From positions 41,594 through 105,593 of the forward strand of contig NMRA01000462.1 in assembly GCA_002633005.1 (NCBI GenBank): DNA of 64,000 bases, given 5' to 3'. A program made the position numbers and the translations under genes. The stretch comes from Phoronis australis. Its lineage: Eukaryota; Animalia; Phoronida. The notes beneath the pieces are model-generated. The model did no database searches, was not told the origin of the DNA, and saw nothing but the letters and a program-made list of their open reading frames with translations. Below, in pieces: positions 12,901-26,000 of this stretch. Position 1 is the first letter of the stretch. Each line of letters begins with the position of its first letter.

Positions 12901-15900
12901 GCAGATTAGACCTACTCCATAACACCTTTTGGTCAACCATGTTTTTTTCAAATAGTTTTCTTCTCTGTCCACCAATTTACTTCTCGAAGGGTCATAGTGA
13001 AAATTGGTAGACGTTGATTTGCGGACAGCCATTACAAGTATTCAGTTTTAGGTGACAGCTTTTTTGTGCGCGTGACTTTCTCCTTAACCCCTTGAGGATC
13101 TTTGCAAAATTTGGCAAGTGTCACCCTATGAATGTGACGACAACTTTCAGATGGGTCTGACTACTGTTGTGCCCCCTAGTGGCAATTTTAGCTTGCATTT
13201 GGCTCTGTATTCCTGGAATTCCTTGACGGATTTTCATGAAATTTGGCATATAGGTTTCTATTAAGGAGACGATGACGTGCTCCTAGTTTTGGACATAGTC
13301 AGTGTATCTGCCAAACCACTCCAGGGATCATTATGACAATCGTCAGATTTATTTCTTCTGACCAAACCACGATTAGCATAGATCTTCAGATAGTTTTTTA
13401 GACTTTTGTGACACTCCGTCATGTTCTGTAGAATCATACTGTTAGCACTGTAGACACATGTCAATGCTCAGTGTTGCTCTTGTATTGTTTGTTTCAACAC
13501 ATCATTTTACCTGCCAGAATATCTTGCGTTTTCCATCATCACCTTTTGCTATATTGCCATTATCTTTTACATTGTAGTGTTGGAAACAGTTGCTGGGCGT
13601 CTACCTTATCTTCTTTGTCACACTTTGCTGTTTCCCTGCTATGATGGCCAATGTGGAGAAGAGCGATGAAAATTTTCTCATACCCGGTGTGTTACAAAAC
13701 TGCAATTCGTCTTTTTCATTTTTTTTTCAAGTTTTGTATATCTAGGCGGTTTTTTGTCTCGTTTGGGATTGTTTGTTTAAAAATACTTTATTGTTTTGTT
13801 TCCTGTAAATTTATCCAAAAAACAACATGCTTGCTTTTATGTCAAATTTCTCTAAAAAAAATAAAGATTTGTACCATTTTGATGTAATAAAACAACATTA
13901 AGTTGTAAATTTTCCATTATTTACATTAAAATATATTAACAATGAGACTGCCTACTGAACTGAATATTGACCTATTCCTAGTACTTCAGAGACCTCTTGT
14001 GTCCTTCAATGGGTTGATATATAATGTTAGGAGACTAGGGGTCTGTGATATACCAGGAGTATACTAGGTAAATATTCAGTCCAGCAGATAGGTCTTATGA
14101 ACATATTATGAAAGTCCTGGATGGCTGAAGTCCTGCATTTAGTTATTTGCAGGGAAGTAATTGGCCTTTGCAGATTTTGACAATTATTTTTGTGCAAAGT
14201 AATTGGGGAATTACCGCAATCAGTATTTTCAAAATTGGTTTGTACCAAAACGATAATCTGCCTGCTACTTTGGACTTCACGTTATTGAATGCAGCCAGAG
14301 GGTTTTTATAGATAGATCACTTTCCGGTAGTTTGTGTCCAGCAAACTCCTTATCTGTGAGGTTAAACGTTATGTGTTCCACTGCTCATTCTGTGGTTTTC
14401 TTTGCAGAAAAATTCTACTCTGGAATCTTGTGTTTTCTGTTCTTCAATGCATTTGCCATGTTTGGTAATTTGGCGACAGAGTTTGTGAGGGTGGTAAGCA
14501 CTTTTGTTTGTTACTAGTAGATAAATAGATAAATTTTTGGATGAATGAGACATGTCTTAACGCGGCCAACGCACATGGCTCGAACCAGCATTCAAAAACC
14601 ATGTCTAGCAGTTACAAGTTACATAACAGCCAGGCACTAGGACAACACATCAGTACATCAGTCGTTTTCATGCATAGTGCAAACAGAAGCTTTAAGTGAA
14701 ATTACTTCCAGAAGATTTCTGTCATATTCAGCATTGTAATTTCATGCTCGTTCAAGACGAACCAAAATTTGAATACCTTCAACAATTAAAAACGCAAGTC
14801 GGATCCGGTCTGCTTTCTGCAGACCCAAGACACTTGCAAAGCGCTTTCAGCGAGCAATCTCGCTTATGTGTTAGATACAATGAATTCCATGCCATACTCG
14901 CCAACCAGTCACTTCGGTACCAGGTAATGTTATAAAGGGTCTGAACAATCCAGGAACCACTCGTTTTTCACTCGCATGATATTGCATGGTTTTGTTTGTT
15001 GTGAGTTCCTTGTGTTTATGGAATGCACCTTAAAGCAATACTGTGATAGGCTAGGCTGTAGCAATAAGGTGATGCTGGGCAATAAACAGTTGCCCAGGAG
15101 TATAATAACTAGTACAGTGGACAAAAACAACAAATATGCCCATGCATTAACATTTAGAATTACACTTTTACTTGAAATTTTTGATTAGTAGTATTTTATT
15201 AAGTTACATTCTCAATATGTGAAGTATTAATAGTGCCTGCACATTATGGTTCTGTATGTACTTTATCACAGTTATAAAATAAACTTAGAGTATTCCATGG
15301 AATTGGTTGTATTAAAATCCTGACCATCGAAAATTTGTGGTCATTAACTAACGATTGATCCTCATAGACAACTTTTTTCTCTCAGCCCCAGAAATCGCTT
15401 TCGCACGATATCCAGGTTCTCATTCTCACCGTTGCATATATTCACAACCGCGACCGAGCTCAGCCAGTAAAGCCAGGATTCAAATCCTGGAGTTCAAATC
15501 ACTGAGCCTCACTGTTAGTTACACTTCACCTTGAGTTTGTGCATTACAGCCTGGACCAAAATGGGTGCTGTTGCCAGTTGTTCTGAGAATAGTGTTCATA
15601 CCCTTCTTCATGCTTTGTAATTATTGGCCTGGCAGTGAACGCCGCTTCCCCGTTTACATCGCCAGTGATTACGTATACATGTTCGGGGGCATCATCATGT
15701 CATTCACGAGCGGTTACTTCAGCAGCTTATGCATGATGTATGCACCAAAGTAAGTAGTGTTGGTTTATTATGTTAATGTTATGTTAATGTTATAGGGATA
15801 TTGTCGTCCTTCTGGAGTAGTTGGCAGTGTATGCTTGCAGTGTTCATCCGCTGGTGATGCTGAATACACATATTGGAGGTCACCGTCACTTTATGTTTGC

Positions 15901-17152
15901 CCTATTAAGTTGTGTTGGTCTGCCAGTTTTGTTGAACATACAGGTTCAGAGATGTCCTTGTCTTGAATGGTTACTGTTTGCTCCACAGTTAGTACGGTAA
16001 GGGCACAGTGGGGTGACAAGTGGAATTTCATTTATTCAACAAAACCACGTCCTCATGGTTTGTTCTTCGAACTTCTCACCTAATAACATTATACAAGTTT
16101 TTTTGCATATTTACAGCAAGGGAATTTGAGCAACGTGTGTCGGTGTTTTTTCCAAAACTGAGTTTGTAGTTATAATGTCGGTCCTCTAGAGTTAGGTTCA
16201 ATATACATTTTCTGGGAATTGTGTTCATAATACATGTTCTGGAAATTGTGTTTGATGCACATTTTTGGGTGAAGATATCACTGCTATATGCATGCGTTAA
16301 GTTTATGTTTAGTAACCTGTTATCGCGTACTATTATACATACTGTACAAGACCAAAGTAACCAGACAAATACCGTTTTTTGCCATGGCATCTTGATTCTG
16401 TAAACAGCAAAAACTACCAGTAAAAACGTGGTGGCAAAATTCCCATTACAGAATGGCTTAGTTACCTTACTAACTTTATTAATAATTCCCCTTCATTCTC
16501 GATCATTAGAGAAAACCATTCTGATGATGAATTCAGCTTCCACCCAGCCGTTATTTCGTCGGAATACTTTTGACTTGTACTGTACGCTGAGATTTCGCAA
16601 ATAATTTACTTCTACCTGTTTTTATAATAGTGTAATTTTTTGTGAGGAAGGGGAAATGTTTATTTGAAGAGGGGTAACTTCAACTGTTTTTAGAGGATGT
16701 TTGTGTAATGGATTGTGGGTAAAACATTCTCTCACAGCAGACGAATCGCGTACGTTTTCCGTCACTACGGGGCTTGCTCCATAAAATGACTTAAGACTTC
16801 AAGTGAGAAATTTTCTTAGTTTCTCATATAACTATGGCTGAAAAGAACTGTTTTGTGGTTAGTGTAACACATCACAATTCCACAAAAATGTAAACAAACT
16901 ATCTGATTAATTAGGATGTTATGGTGTATTCTCAATGACTTATTACTTTGCTGAATTGTCATTACATTATTTTTCAGAAATGTTATGCGAGTTTTTGTTT
17001 CTATATAAACACATTTTCATTTTTCCTGCAGCTCGGTGAAGGACCCTCGCCTGGCCCCTACAGCAGGTATGATGGGAGCTTTCTTTCTTGTGCTCGGCGT
17101 TTTCAGCGGAGTCAGCTTCTCACGTCTCGTCTCGCTCATTGTGTCAAAGTAG
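912..17152 (+). CDS. SLC29A: Equilibrative nucleoside transporter (SLC29/ENT family), 13 coding exons, 445 aa
   Basis: Exons with GT-AG borders and consistent phases: 912-1012, 1755-1836, 2246-2385, 4986-5083, 8345-8395, 9711-9796, 11426-11474, 11973-12070, 12428-12544, 13578-13686, 14408-14493, 15550-15749, 17032-17152 (TAG 17150-17152); total 1338 nt. Translation contains ENT hallmarks: HGIGVLMPWNMFITANSYF, ANGIYQNSIFGLAASLPMKYTNAVVLGSNISGT, FFVTLCCFP, LRIVFIPFFMLCN, SFTSGYFSSLCMMYAP, AGMMGAFFLVLG. Paralog (ENT1/2/3) not resolvable by eye; an upstream non-coding exon is likely (acceptor tttcag ends at 903). Confidence 0.95.
2418..2688. repeat. 19-bp minisatellite (AGTA(C/T)TTGTGCACTTTTAT)n, about 14 copies
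   Basis: Directly visible tandem units just downstream of the ENT exon 3 donor. Confidence 0.92.
2866..4422 (+). mobile_element. Non-autonomous Helentron (HINE / DINE-1 / pearl-like) element with internal tandem array
   Basis: Starts TTTTT-ATGCACCCACA (2871-2881) with nearby inverted copy TGTGGACGCAT (2890-2900), then (GTCC)n microsatellite about 2913-3000, about 150-bp internal repeats marked by CCTAGTGG, 3' subTIR TGTGGGCGCAT (4387-4397), short hairpin and CTTGTT end; no TSD. Confidence 0.8.
7196..7376. repeat. 35-bp minisatellite, 5 near-perfect copies
   Basis: TTTTCCAAAGCCAACAACTAAAGCACATCTCAACA repeated with period 35 (AAAGCC at 7201, 7236, ...). Confidence 0.95.
12657..13483 (+). mobile_element. 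Second, more diverged copy of the same HINE family
   Basis: Starts TTTTCATGCGCCCA, contains GACTACTGTTGTGCCCCCTAGTGGCAATTTTAG and GGATTTTCATGAAATTTGG blocks shared with 3086-3190, ends TCAATGCTCAGTGTTGCTCTTGT like 4399-4421. Confidence 0.7.
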
Positions 17153-20100
17153 CGCGTGAACGCACCGCGACAGTTACACATCAAGCACGTGCCGCACAGC
17201 TAGTACCGTAACCACGGCGTGTTCATTAAAAGTACTTTATCCATAAGTATTATTGACGTGGGCATAACTGGTGCCCTTTGCAGAAATGCAGGTACGAAGG
17301 ATTCTTGAAAAATACTTTTTATGAGTTCTGGCTCAATAGTTGTAGCGGTTCACCGTTTTTCAACACTAAGTGTTGTGAAGGTGACTTCTGCAGTGGCAGC
17401 ATGTTATTCAGTAGTTGTTTTAGTTGGAGGAAAAGTTTTCAGTTAAAAAGTGAAACTATTAAAGGCTAATACCTATGTTATCTGAACAGGTACAGTGCAT
17501 GCCAAAAGTAATCGGACATGAAATATTGTTTGTAATGGTGGCTAATTCCACTGGTGGCCAAGTCACAATTATAAACTATTGCCTCTATGTTGATGTTTCT
17601 GTCATTTCACCCATTATTTACGGACACAATGACAATGAACTTTGTTTCTGCCTGGCAGACATGCTGGAGAATTTCAGGTTTATTCATCTAATTACTTCAT
17701 GGCATGTCTTGTAATATAACAACCTTGTCTGGGGTTGCTGCTTTTGGCAGACATTTTTTTTCATTTTTTGTATAAATGCACAACAAGATTGTTTCTTAAG
17801 TTTGTAGAAATATGGCATCGAAAACGTCATTAGTTATATTTTGCAATTAGAAATGGTTTTTGTTACACCTTGGGTATTTTCGTAGCCTCAAATTTCTCCC
17901 CAGGGGGGGAGGGGGTTGAATATTACGGAAGTTAATCAAACGCCCAATCATTCTCCAGTTTCTAAACGCTTTAAATTAGAGCCCAATGTGGCGGAACTGT
18001 AAAATTTTGTTTTTCAGTATTTTCAACTAGACTAAACAAGAAGGCAATTTTACTCGATTGTTTGAAAACTGTATATAGTACGGCTATCATCAAGAAAGAC
18101 TTGATGAAATCTTGAGTATTTTTTGCAATACTGCACAAAATTCAAAGTGACAGTTTTTGACATTATTTTCCTTTGAATTTTATGAACCGTACATAGTTTA
18201 TGGTATGACTGGTTGAATTTTAGTGAAAGTTTTGTAACCATCCCATTGAATTGTTACCTTTAGTTTTGTTGCTTAGTATGTCGACACAGCTCGAATATTG
18301 TTATTTGTTAGTGGTAGTTATCGCACTAAGTGCGGCGCTTATTTGAGCTTTTATGTAAAAACTATAATTTTAGTGCTGCTACTCTTGAAATTTTTTTTGT
18401 TTTATGAGTAGAAATTTTGTGTACCAGTACAATTAACAAAAGTTTTAAGTGTTTTTGCAGTTATTAGTCTTAAGTTTAGGTCAAGTTTGTTACCCTCACA
18501 ACTTGTGGCATTTTACTGGTAATCTGAAAAAATAAATTCATCGCTTGTAAAAACAACAATTTTCTTGCTGTTCATATTGTTCATGCAACTAGTGAATGAA
18601 TGGTGTTAAATAAATTTTTACCTAATTAGTACCTATTGTATTCCCTCACTTATCTCAGAGGAGTGATGGTGGGGTGAGAGAAAATGAGAAATTTGAGGAC
18701 GGTTTTATAGGGTACAATAAATACCTAGAGGATATTAGTCTCAGTAATATCATAACTCCAGCAGTTGTACGTATAGTTTTTAGGCTAAGAGGTGATTTTC
18801 AAGCTGAAAATTGTTCGAGTTGTTATCTGTATAAATTGCTTTGTTCGTTTTTAAAAGTGTTGTTCTTTGGTGGAACTGTTTCAGATTATACCAAATTATG
18901 ACATAGATTTTGTTAGCATTATTCACTTGACAAAAAATATTAAAATGTAATGTCTGTAAACTTAAGTTAAAGTGGGAGATTTTGGTGAAGGTTTGCCAGG
19001 ATTAAGGTGCATTCTTGTTCTTAAATGGACATTTAGCTGTATTTTGGTATGTGGAAGGGTTTTGAATGTCAATGTTGTCTTGAAAACTACACTTGCACCA
19101 GATTTGGGAAGTATCGAAAGCAAAAGGCTAAAGCAGCGATAAAGTGCCTTCTGCCCCAAAAATGATTTGACCTTTTACTATCATAAAATTGGCCTCAAAT
19201 TGTCCTTTAGTCAAAATAGATGAAATTTTTGGGCTTTGAAAAAAACTGACGGTTCATTATTGCTCCGGAACTGATTCTGCAATTTGTCTTCGGAGGTGTC
19301 ACTTTATGCACGGTGCTTGGTCTTGAATAATGACCTGTCAGCTCTTACCAAACCTCAGAAGTCACTTCTTGTATGAATAAGGAACAGGTTGAGACCAATT
19401 TTATAGCAGTTAATGAGCTAAGTCAAGTTTCTTCTTCAAAGAAATGTTATTAACCATCTGTATAAGTCTGACTCTCTGTTGTCTGTAGAAGTTAACATCA
19501 AATTTTAATAACTAGTTACTATTGTTCCTATTATCATGTACAAGTGTAAGTTGTCTAAAAATTTGCAGAACCTCGTGACAATCTGACTTCTCGGTGAATT
19601 TAGGAGCAGAAATTTTGACTTATTTCAACACGTTTGAAAACTGATGTATTCTAAAAATTGTGGAATTGTTTGATGTGTTAATTTGCATTTATTTCTTGGT
19701 GCAGTACTGTAACATTTTGCTGTAGCCAGGTTATTGGACTATCACTAGCAAATGAAGCTATGATTTGGGGCTAATAAAAGTATAGATTATCAATTTAGGG
19801 GTTTATATATGTACGTAATTCTTGAACTGACAGGGAAACATTTTTAAGTGTGGTCAGTACACCACATTGTCACACCGGTTTTAAGAATTACATATTTATA
19901 TACGCTCAGGAGTTCGAGAGTGAGATGGCCACTAAGTAAGTCTTCGAGGATTTCTGTGTTTGACCAGTGGTCCCGAGGGCTCAGTGTTTAACAGGTCGGG
20001 ATTTCGAGTGCCAGTTGTGGCTGAAATCTTTTCACTTAGGCCATGTGATGTATCCACAGGTAGCATGCTGACCAGACTTAAAGATGTTGGCGAAATTCAG

Positions 20101-20801
20101 GGATTTGTTTCATGAAAAGTGACGAAAGACAAAAATTTGGTCGTACCCTCCCACTTCACATTGCTGAGTAAAGGTTTTCAACCAAGTAATTACGAGTAGA
20201 AATATTTTACTGAAATTTTCCCTATAACTAGAAGTTACATGGAGACTGTGTCGTTGCTCAATGATGCGTCAGTTTTTCACTAATAGTTGTGTGGAATAAA
20301 AGATCAGTTCTAACCTGTCACTTTTCAAGAAACAGAGGCCCTAGGTGTTTAATAGGCAAATGACTCCTTTTCTGCAGTTATGTGTGGCTTGTTTAGACTG
20401 AAATGGCACTGTTTTGTTCCACCACATGTATGTATTGGCCCGTGTTGGTGTATTCAAAAAAATTTTTCAAGTGTTTTGCAAATCGGAAATCCTTGTAGAT
20501 GTGCATCTTTTTAATCCTTGTATTGTGCTTTCATCAACTCTATCTATAGTATCTTGAACTCAACTAGTATCAAGGGCAACAGATTTGGAAAGGACAAGCC
20601 GAGGTTCACCCACAAGCTATTTTGAAATTTTTCTTATTTGTACTAGCCTCTGGCACACATTCACATGGGCTCAAATATGCCTAGAATCATTATTTGTAGA
20701 GTATAGATTGTATAAACTTTTCCAAGACTCAGGGAGACGTCTTCCTTATTTCATTGTAAAGTTATTTTGTGGCTGTGTGGTATGCTACCATTTGAGTAAT
20801 C

Positions 20802-20807
20802 AATAAA
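20802..20807 (+). terminator. Candidate polyadenylation signal of the ENT gene
   Basis: AATAAA followed by T/GT-rich sequence at the end of a T-rich 3.6-kb stretch after the ENT stop; another AATAAA near 20295. Confidence 0.45.
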
Positions 20808-20987
20808 GAATTTTTAAAAAATCAACCTGAACTTTTTGTGCACTTGTCTATAAGGTTCAGTGCATTTGTACTTTTGGCAATTCCTTATGTTTGTAGAAAA
20901 TCGTCCACTTGCAGGATTTAGCAGCAATGTACATCTTGTATTACCTGACAATTAGAAATCAATTCTTGTGTTTAATCATGAAACATG

Positions 20988-20993
20988 TTTATT
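20988..20993 (-). terminator. Candidate polyadenylation signal of the RAP80-like gene
   Basis: TTTATT on + (AATAAA on -) where composition flips from T/G-rich to A/C-rich. Confidence 0.45.
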
Positions 20994-23010
20994 TTTCTAA
21001 AAAATTACATGTGACTAAAAGAACTACATGGCATGTAACTTACAACAAAGAAATTACGGGGATTATGTCTAGTCCTATCGTTATTCAAATGCATGTGGTT
21101 GTCACCTCGTGAATGTCGCATGGCATATAATAACTTGATGACCTATAAACAATCTGATGGTAAACATCGCTTGTCACTTGAGTGTACCAGAACTGAGAGC
21201 ACGGATCCACGACAACATGCCCTTTGATGTCAATATGACTAAGTAACCATCATACTTAATCTAAACTGCAAATTATAAATCAGATTACATGTCCACAAGT
21301 AATCTGAGATGTCCACCTGATGCCTGTGAGCCAGCTACCGGACCACAATGCATTTGAAAAACAAAAACAACCCTTCAAAATACTTCAACAGTTGTTTGCC
21401 AAGCACCAAATTGCAGACTAATCAAACATGGCACAGTTGCTAACAACACCACCAACATGATGTTGCAGTATGAACGAGACAAAAACTAGAGAACCCGAGA
21501 CAGCACATGACATCAACTTCTTCAAACCACTTAGAACAGGTCAGCTTGAAGAATTATGTAATCAAACATTACAACAAACCCTGTTGGGACTTCACTAAAA
21601 CATTCGCTGCAACTGAAATTTGCTGTAACCACATTAACTTGTACACGGGTGCAGTAGGCTTGATACTCGTGGAAGGCAACATTACGAGCGAGCAAACTAC
21701 CAACCAAGCACAGTGTAATGCAGTCCGACAACACTACAATAACGCACACAAATCCAACATGCATAAGCTGAATTTTCACGAAACTCAGACAATATAATTC
21801 ATGCATTCAGATCTTCAGATAAGCCACACTTTGCCTAACTCGTATTCAATCTATCGGTTAAGTTAGAATCAACTTATGTGAGTCTCATTGTGGTATGTAA
21901 TATAAAGGTTGGTTCAAATAGACCTAACAGTGACTTAATTAATCTTCAAGGTAAATCCGTTTTGAAATGAGCCAACATGAATTCTATGAAATTAGTCGAC
22001 GTGAATTCTCTAAATAAGACTAAGTCTATGAACAAGTGGTAACAACTAAACCTTGTATGTTAAAAGCTTCAAACATCTGAGTTATATTTAGGCAAACCAG
22101 CAAAACTATGCAGAGCTGTCTCCGATTCAGTTTCTAAGTCCCGTTGTCTATGAGCACCAGCATATGTGTTACTAGCCCGCACAACTTCATGCTGATGTGT
22201 GAATCAACCATGAACCAATGTGTGAACACATTGCACTGCACAGGACAGACCCGTTCTGGACTGAACACTCCTGGCCTATTTTTCAAAATGTCAACACCCA
22301 CGTTGATTAAGGTTTGAACAATACATAGCGCATCCAGTAATGAACTACTCACATCTGACTCATAAGGACAGGTTCTTATCAAGTGTTGCATTGTGGGTAA
22401 AGAATTGGAGTGGTGCTGTGCCACTTCAGGACGAGCTTATTGCATCAAATTTCACACAAGCCAATTGCACGGGCCACATTTTCAAGGTGACAGTTTACCT
22501 AACTACTTTAATCACCAAGTTGTACAGAATACAACAAAACGAGAAAGCGTACAGCCCAGGAAACCACTCCTTCAACATGAGAATAACACTAGCTTCAAAG
22601 GGGAACACTAGGAAGTGACCTGAACACACCAGCAAAACGTCTGCATCTTTGTTTTACATTCACTACCATTGTGCAGCCATCCTCTCCCACTCCCTACTCA
22701 ACAGTCAGTGCAGGTCATTCGTTGTCGCTCAATGAAAATGAATGCAGAACCAAGATGTGGGTCTTCTGCTGGACAGTTCATGTCACAGCCTATTGTTCCA
22801 TGGATAGCCCTGACTACTCTGGTTCCTCAGCTGGCCACCAGCTGGCGATAGTTCTTACAATTTTCCAACTTTTGCTGACAGCATGCAATCAATCAAAATT
22901 GTCAAGTTTTCACATGCTCAGATTTGTTTCAACAAAAACTGCTGCAATATGTATCTAGCTCAGCAATCATGTTTCCGAATGCTCAACGAATCACTGAATG
23001 TTTTCATAAC

Positions 23011-26000
23011 TCAGCAAATGTGAACTTTTTTAGCTACAACACTCTTTTCTTTGTTTTGTCGGCCAGTGGACTTTTTCCGTGACTTTCGTTTGCGTTTTCT
23101 ACCAGTTTTCTTTTTACTCCGGATTGTTCGCCTCGCATCTCTCAACTCACCCTTTCTGAACTGATTTTTGTAGTCAATACCGGTGGAATTCTGAATCTCA
23201 CTCAAAGACTTGAAACTACGAATTGGCGAAGATGATATTTCCTGCCAATTAATCCTGTTTCCGTTAGCATCTTTGTCATCTGCAGTCTCTTGCAAATATT
23301 TGGATCGTTTGCTCTTCGACAAATAAGCAGACAATGTTGTTTCTTCATCCGTGTCAGTGTAACATGCTGACTCATCCGAATCACTCGTCTCAGGGGAGCT
23401 AATCTCCGAAGTTCTGACAAGAATATTTTCATTTCTGAAACGAACATACATGTAGTTAAATAAAAAGACCGTCGCTGACTTATTATACTTGACAGACTTT
23501 ACCTTAAAAACAAGGTGGAAATCCACTTTCAGTGATAATGCCACAATATTAAGCACCTTCTTTGTAACTATTCTGACCACACGGCAAAAGAACAAATACA
23601 CTGCAAGAAATCACAACTTAGAAATGAAATGTATTCAGTTTTCTTTATGTTATTTTAGACTTGATCACAAAACATAACTACACATTTCCACCAAACAGTA
23701 TGCTAAATACGTGAAGAATTACATACACAATGACCAATGAGGCATCATCACTGCTCTATATATATATTCCGTGCAACAAATATCCCGGCCCAGGAACAAT
23801 AGAAGCTATTGTTACACGTGTATGGATAACTAAAGGGACTCTGCAAGCTTTCATGGACAAGTGGATAGATTCACATCTGCTTTTAAAAAGAATCACTTCT
23901 CCATTCTAGCACACCTATACACAGCATGCCTTGCAACAATTAATTATCAAACAGCAAGCAACACACAGCACGCAACACACAAAACGCAACACACAGCACG
24001 CAACACACAGCACGCAACACACAGCACGCAACACACAGCACCTGACACACAGCACACATCAAGCGGCACGCAACATGCAACATGCAGCACGTAACACTCT
24101 GTAGTAAACTTACTCTCTAGAACTGTAACCAATCTTCTCACTTAAACAAATTCCTGAAAATATGAAGTAAACAAGTGATCATGTGGTCACCAGATGGCGT
24201 GTAATGGCGAAATACCATAGCAAAAATCTCTCGTTTGGTGTTTAGTTTTCAAATCCAGACATCAATCTAGTATATTATTGAAGAGACATTAAACCTGTGC
24301 TTTCTGTCACCATGGGAAATTTGAGTATAGTACACTTGCATCCTCAACCCTCACGTGGGCTTTATAATAAGCGTGCACTGCAAGTATTATCGATACGAGA
24401 CATGCCCGATGCGTTACAAACATGCAAACTGACATAACCAAAAGTTTGCCTCAAAATCCGCCTTCCATCTCAAAAACCAATTTTTCACTTAGACCACTTA
24501 CAAGCGGTCTCAAATTGACTCTTAGTCAATATACGTCTGATTTTTGGACGTTGAAACAACCAATACCGTAAATGTTCGGGTTAACGCCCATGCTCAGTTA
24601 ACCGCCCACCCCCTACTTTAGGTGGATTTTCGATTTAACCGCCCACTGCTCGGTTAAGCGCCCCCCTGCGATTTTTGAAGATTTCCAGTTAAGCGCCCAC
24701 CTCTCGGTTAAGCGCCCATCCCCGACTTTTAAAGAATGAAGATTTAGCGCCCAGTGCTAAGGAAACGCGCGATTCCCCGACTTTTAGAAAAAGATCGATG
24801 ATCACAATGAGCGCAACGACGGTCTGTGGAAATAATGAGCTATCAGTTCTTGGTCAGTGGAAATAATGAGCTATCAGTTCTTGGTCTATGGAAATAATGA
24901 GCTATCAGTTCTTGGTCTGTGGAAATAATGAGCTATCAGTTCTTTCAGAGAACAAAGATTACTTTCAAATTAAGTTAGCAACAAGAAAATACAAATTCCA
25001 CAATGATAAGTGACCTAAATCAAATTAATGTTGTTTAACAAAAACACTGGTTTAATGCCACTTTAAGAGTTCCTTTAGTGTTTTGTTCAACTCGCACATC
25101 AATTATGTAGCGCACTTCAATCAGCACTTGTTTCCTATTCCCACAAAGACAACTAACGCAGTAACTGCTTTGTTTCATACGTTTGAGATATCGCGGGTTG
25201 ATGACACTCATAGTTATTGAAATCTCTTGACCAGGTGCCAGTAAACGCGACGATTTTCTAATAAGCCACCAATCTTTTGCTTGTCCATCTTTTAAAGGTG
25301 GCAAAATGACGGTGAATTGCCATAAATTGGCCTGTCATTAACATACAGTAACTTTTAGGTATCAACAAACAGCATGGGATTGAATTGGTTCTGTATAAAC
25401 CCTCTCACAATCTTTTAAGGCACGGGCAATATTTTACAGCAAAACTTACCTACATCGGATCCTACCAGACCAACATTTTTCTGAACAAAATAAAGGTAAG
25501 TCTGACTACCAGTTAAGGTGAGACTAGTCAGAAACCTTTACCTTCAGTATTGCACTGCAAGTTTACAAGAACCCCCCAGAATAGACACACCCGCTTTACA
25601 CTTAAGTACAATATTTGAAGAACTACATTATTTTGTAACATCTTACCGGTGAACAATGTGAATAAAATGACACACACCTACGTACCCTCTGCTACCCCTT
25701 GCCCGTGGCGACTGCGGTTACGCATCTGCCGATTAGGGGGCTCTGTTTGCTGCTGATGACAGAAACACAAACAGAACAAAACATTACACCACAGACACGC
25801 AAACTAACAAACTTAAAGTCGCTATAAACCAACTTCTGGTGTCAAAAACCAACTTTCTTCACAGGCGTATTTGCCCTTCCAAATCAACGTCAGTGCATTC
25901 TTATACTTTGTTAGTGAACTGAAATTGGTTAGGATAAAGCAGCTGGAGTTCCCCCAGAGAAGCGTACAGTTTCAGTGACAGACACTAATCTGCCATGGCA

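Noticed and set aside
25521-25560. 13-nt micro-exon candidate (TGCAATACTGAAG) in RAP80
   Set aside because: Introduces TGA in the required phase; exon 24153-24114 already closes the reading frame.
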